Assembly (NCBI GenBank): GCA_048881705.1
Contig: JBHLSH010000027.1
Location: 1 to 41,562, forward strand
Source: Candidatus Heimdallarchaeota archaeon
Lineage (GTDB): Archaea > Asgardarchaeota > Heimdallarchaeia > Hodarchaeales > Hodarchaeaceae
Direction of reading: 5' to 3'
DNA length: 41,562 nt
Shown here: one piece after another, positions 37,885 through 41,562 of the stretch
Position numbering within the stretch: the first letter of the stretch is position 1
Layout: the number at the start of each line of letters is the position of its first letter
Notes under the pieces: generated by a model
The model's input: only the letters and a program-made list of their open reading frames with translations
Databases searched by the model: none
What the model was told of the DNA's origin: nothing
Translations under genes and position numbers: made by a program

Positions 37885-40122
37885 TTATGTGGAAGATTCA
37901 AATGCATCCAAAATATACGAATATATGGTTTTTTCCTCTCCTGACGATTTGGCGAACAATCGTCGAACAATTAGCTCAGGCGTACTAGCTGCATATTGAT
38001 AATATACAGGGGTACGATCTACCAACAGCTCTAAATCCTCTGAAAGTCCTTGAGCTTCAATTCCATCAATCCTTAGAGGCTCTTTGCTGTATTTTGCAAT
38101 TTCTTGAGCGAGATGAGTGACGAAAATCCCCACAGAATGAGGTGATCGTCCTAATAAATCAAGAAAGGCGGCGATTACACGGGCAGATGCCCCCGGTTCA
38201 GAGATACTCTCCATTTCGTCTGCTAGAACCAAACGAGAATGCGGACTCATAATCATCTGCGAGAGGGTCTGTAACGTAGTTTCAAAAGCACCAGCATCCA
38301 TCTGGCCTGCTGCCTTACGATAGTAATGGAGTTCCTTGAATCCCCCCAACAACGCTTTTTCACACGGAATTGGGAGTCCCATCTGACCAAGGATTACCAT
38401 TACGGCAAGTGAAACGATTAAAGTTGTCTTGCCTCCGCTATTGGCACCAGAAAGTAAGACAATGCGTTCTCCGCTCACAACTCCATCGATCCTTCCAACT
38501 TCCCCTACTGCATAGGATACTGGCTGAACCTTTGCTCCGCCTTGTAGCTCCTGCTGGGTGAGAAACAGGTTACGACCGTTTTTAATTAATAATCCAGTTT
38601 TCGGAGATTCCCCAAGCTGAGGTAAGATCAATTGATATTCTGAAGCGAATTTTCCGAGCATAAAGAGGTAATCAAGTTCCAACATGTAATTTAATGCTTG
38701 TTTGGCAATGTTTTCATATTGTTTGAGTGTTTTGGCCAATCTAGTCTTTAGCTCAAAGGATTTGATGGCACGTCGTTGTCGAAGGTATGTCGTTAACCGG
38801 AAAACAATATCCTCAACGGGATCTACGGGATATCGAAGTTCCCGTGGAAATATTCCTACAAGGTATTCAATTTCCTCGTCCTGGAGGTCGAGGGCCTTGA
38901 TAAGACTTTCTTCCGCTTTATTTATGATCTCTTCAACTGCCATAAAGAGTTCGTCATCCAAGTATTCTCGAAGGTTCGTTCGACCACTTTCGGGAGCGTA
39001 TTGGGGATCTTCGGATGACATCCCCTTAATGAGAGCTAGTATTTTTTCTCCTCCGAGCTCAACTGTAGACTGTTGGAGCTTTTTCTCAAGAGCCTCATTA
39101 AGCCCGATAAGAACTTCATCGAGTTTAGCTTCAAATAGCGTTTCTGCCCGTAACAAACGGGAGTATTCCACATTTAAGTCTGAGGTTGGTTCACCAGATT
39201 CTTCCAGATTCCCCAGCTGTTCTCCCATTTCTCTTAACATCTCGAGATCGAGATTTTCGATATAGACACTTAACGCGGATGACGGTAGGGTTTGAAGGAG
39301 GTGGCTAAGGCCTGCAATTGATTCAAGCGTTCGCTTGTTTCTAGCGAAAAAACCTAGGGTTTTTTCCGGAACAATCTGAACTAGATCATTCCGGGCCGAC
39401 TCGGCGACCGTCACAACATTGGGAAGACTGTCATCGAGAAGGATATCAGAGCCAATCCAGATAATCTCATCATATCCTTTTGTATAATCGCTTATGCGCT
39501 CGATGTCATCAATCAGAGTAACCTCACAATGATAACCTACATCGGATGTGGAGAGATCGTTAAATAAATCTTTGTCGGGGGTGACAATTAATCTTGATGC
39601 AGTGTCAAGGCGTGTCTTTTGTTCCTTAAGAGGAGCTAAATTCCGCAAAAGTGTGTCATATTCCTTGAAAGAGTGAGGGGATGCCCCGATTAGTGATGCC
39701 AATTGTATTCCCCTATCAGCGACATTCTGACGGTTCCTGATTTTATCGTGTGCTGAAATAGGGAGGGGAAAGTAGAGATACAATTTTGAGCGAGAATATA
39801 GTGTATTTGCAAATTTAGCGATAATTTCAATCGTTTGATTGTAGATACGAATTGCATCCTCTGTTTTCAAGAAATTCCGAATATCTTCTCCCGTTTCCTG
39901 GAAATGCAGATTGCGGCACAAGCTTAAAGCGAATTTTTCCCCGATTCCTTCAATAGCTGAGAGTTCAGCTATCCGTGATTCGCGTAATGCCAGTAACACG
40001 GCAGCCTCACTTCCAAATGCGGCTACGAGCCTATCTGCCACAGAGGGCCCAATCCCACGAATATCTCGAAGGTTTGTTACACTCAAAGTCTGTTCCTTTC
40101 GCTTGGCTATCTTTTTAAACAT
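37885..40122 (-). CDS. Archaeal MutS-like ATPase with N-terminal helix-hairpin-helix (no mismatch-binding or Smr domain)
   Basis: HhH motifs IRGIG and IEGIG; LSGANSGGKTT, DAGAFE, LADEME, FVTH. Confidence 0.88.
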   Translation of the reverse strand: MFKKIAKRKEQTLSVTNLRDIRGIGPSVADRLVAAFGSEAAVLLALRESRIAELSAIEGIGEKFALSLCRNLHFQETGEDIRNFLKTEDAIRIYNQTIEIIAKFANTLYSRSKLYLYFPLPISAHDKIRNRQNVADRGIQLASLIGASPHSFKEYDTLLRNLAPLKEQKTRLDTASRLIVTPDKDLFNDLSTSDVGYHCEVTLIDDIERISDYTKGYDEIIWIGSDILLDDSLPNVVTVAESARNDLVQIVPEKTLGFFARNKRTLESIAGLSHLLQTLPSSALSVYIENLDLEMLREMGEQLGNLEESGEPTSDLNVEYSRLLRAETLFEAKLDEVLIGLNEALEKKLQQSTVELGGEKILALIKGMSSEDPQYAPESGRTNLREYLDDELFMAVEEIINKAEESLIKALDLQDEEIEYLVGIFPRELRYPVDPVEDIVFRLTTYLRQRRAIKSFELKTRLAKTLKQYENIAKQALNYMLELDYLFMLGKFASEYQLILPQLGESPKTGLLIKNGRNLFLTQQELQGGAKVQPVSYAVGEVGRIDGVVSGERIVLLSGANSGGKTTLIVSLAVMVILGQMGLPIPCEKALLGGFKELHYYRKAAGQMDAGAFETTLQTLSQMIMSPHSRLVLADEMESISEPGASARVIAAFLDLLGRSPHSVGIFVTHLAQEIAKYSKEPLRIDGIEAQGLSEDLELLVDRTPVYYQYAASTPELIVRRLFAKSSGEEKTIYSYILDAFESST

Positions 40123-40276
40123 GAATTCTAGAATTCTTTTTTGCTTTTTTCTCCTTTAACTCCCACACGGTACTAGTAAATTCGAAATTAAAGACGGTGT
40201 TGGGTTATATTTTCTCGACTCAACAGGAAATCTTCGATTCGCAATATTGACAGTCATAATCATTACCAATCGTTAA

Positions 40277-41191
40277 TTAAATCCCAAGCTTCGTGATTCG
40301 TTTCGGATTCACCTCGCGAATAAAAGTATGTAGCTCAGCAAACGAGCAATGATCACTATATGGGAAAAAATGAACATCAAGGCGTTTGTGGGCCAGTTTT
40401 ATTGCCCATCCCGTCGGTGATATCCGTAGTGCGTCCGAAATTTTGGGATGTAAGGAATTATCAATACCCTGGAGATTTTCAACCATTCTTCTGCTTCCAA
40501 CAAAGACCTGAACATCCTGGCTATCCGTGAAAATATCCCATTCTCCACCAATTTCCTTAAAAATCTCAATTTTTTGAGTAGGGGCCCAAATTTTTTTTCC
40601 AATAGCTTTACTAATTGTTTGAAACAAAATCTCTTTACCTATCTGGTAAGCGGACAACCAGACATTTCTTTCCGGGTAATTCCCCGGGGCATGGATTAAG
40701 GTAAGGATATCCGAAATAAGCTCTCTACGAGAAGGAAAATCATATTTGGGATCTCTTCCATACACGTAGTCCACGTATAAATGATCAGGATTTCTTATTA
40801 ATTCCATCTCTTCAATGATGACTGAACCAAGACGAAAATCGCCTGTATACACTTCCTTCGTTCCATCATTATCTTCTATAACAAACATCAAACTTCCCAA
40901 ACAATGATTGGCGTCTAGACAATGAACCCTAAAATCATCAAAGTCCAAAGATTGGCTAGGTTTGACGATTAGGCACTTTTCACGGGGAATTCGATGTAAA
41001 GCTTTGATAACCGCCGCTGTTTCTCGCGTACACACAACCGTAGAATCTTGAGCGGTAATAATATTCTTTAATCCTCTAGTATGGTCAGAATGGGCATGTG
41101 ATAAGAAAAAATACCCAGATGAAGGTCTCCTCCGATCGTGTCTACCAAAAGGAAATTCATCGAAATAACTTCTGGCGATCGAAGAATACAT
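40277..41191 (-). CDS. SNM1/Pso2/Artemis-like MBL/beta-CASP DNA nuclease
   Basis: FLSHAHSDH, ANHCLGS, YTGDFR, LYVD, YQIGKE, PTGW, PYSDHCSFAEL. Confidence 0.8.
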   Translation of the reverse strand: MYSSIARSYFDEFPFGRHDRRRPSSGYFFLSHAHSDHTRGLKNIITAQDSTVVCTRETAAVIKALHRIPREKCLIVKPSQSLDFDDFRVHCLDANHCLGSLMFVIEDNDGTKEVYTGDFRLGSVIIEEMELIRNPDHLYVDYVYGRDPKYDFPSRRELISDILTLIHAPGNYPERNVWLSAYQIGKEILFQTISKAIGKKIWAPTQKIEIFKEIGGEWDIFTDSQDVQVFVGSRRMVENLQGIDNSLHPKISDALRISPTGWAIKLAHKRLDVHFFPYSDHCSFAELHTFIREVNPKRITKLGI

Positions 41192-41379
41192 GTGGATTTC
41201 CTCTTGATATCTAATCGGGAAAATCTCTTGAATGGGTAATAAATGTGTTATGATTCAGTTTGGTTTATGAGTTTTCCAATTGGTTAATTTACGGTGGTAA
41301 TCCTTATTCCTTCTTGTCCAAGAACGTGGAACGAGTAAAAGGCATCATCCTAGATATTAAACCATCCAAAAGCAGATTG

Positions 41380-41393
41380 CGAAAATTTTTAAA
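41380..41393 (+). promoter_or_regulatory. Putative BRE-TATA promoter for the 5S-like RNA
   Basis: CGAAAA followed by TTTTTAAA, about 75 nt upstream of the 5S-matching sequence. Confidence 0.5.
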
Positions 41394-41465
41394 GACTCTT
41401 AGAATCGCCTTTATGTGAATCTAAAGGTACAGAATCTCACGCTGTATCATGACATCGAGATCCTG

Positions 41466-41562
41466 CCGGAAGTTAAGCCGAGCTCCGTTCTGATCTGTAC
41501 TGTTATGCGCGAGCTTACGGGAACATCAGAAAACGGGTATTGCCCGTTCATAGGGCTCGAGT
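41466..41562 (+). rRNA. rrf: 5S rRNA with halves in swapped order (3' half 41466-41537, 5' end restarting at 41543); cut by the window end
   Basis: GGAAGTTAAGCC..CGTTC..GTACTG..TGCGCGAGC..GGGAA matches the archaeal 5S 3' half; helix V TTCTGAT/ATCAGAA and a GCGA tetraloop are present; then AACGGG-TATTG-CCCGTT (helix I) and CATAG-GGCTCG (pairs with CGAGCT, helix II). Confidence 0.85.

Noticed and set aside
41455-41500. Minus-strand ACGGAGCTCGGCTTA resembling the RNase P RNA 3' conserved region (ACAGAACCCGGCUUA)
   Set aside because: It is the reverse complement of the 5S TAAGCCGAGCTCCGT; the plus-strand 5S match is much longer and structurally coherent

Overview
Archaeal core-genome window (about 42% GC by eye). 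It most likely comes from an Asgard archaeon, probably Heimdallarchaeia; this is inferred from Rpo8, SmAP3, eL14, a RING-finger protein and an AN1 zinc-finger protein. It is dense in translation and RNA-processing genes: nop5-fibrillarin, TFS, rpl3-4-23-2, rps13-4-11, cbf5, rpl14e, an EndA-like subunit, RNase Z, TmcA and a beta-CASP RNase. It also carries a heat-shock/proteostasis block (hsp20-cdc48-PAC2-like-Phr-like), DNA-repair genes (PINA, MutS-like, SNM1-like, RPA3-like) and five tRNAs, four with introns. Features missing from the ORF track are a 22-aa eL41, a tRNA-Ser(GGA) with a T-loop intron, and a 5S rRNA at the right edge. In that 5S gene the 3' half precedes the 5' half and the two are joined by a 5-nt loop, so it is a candidate circularly permuted 5S rRNA gene; the window ends inside it. 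No CRISPR array, integrase or transposase was seen. All family assignments come from motif recognition, not database searches.
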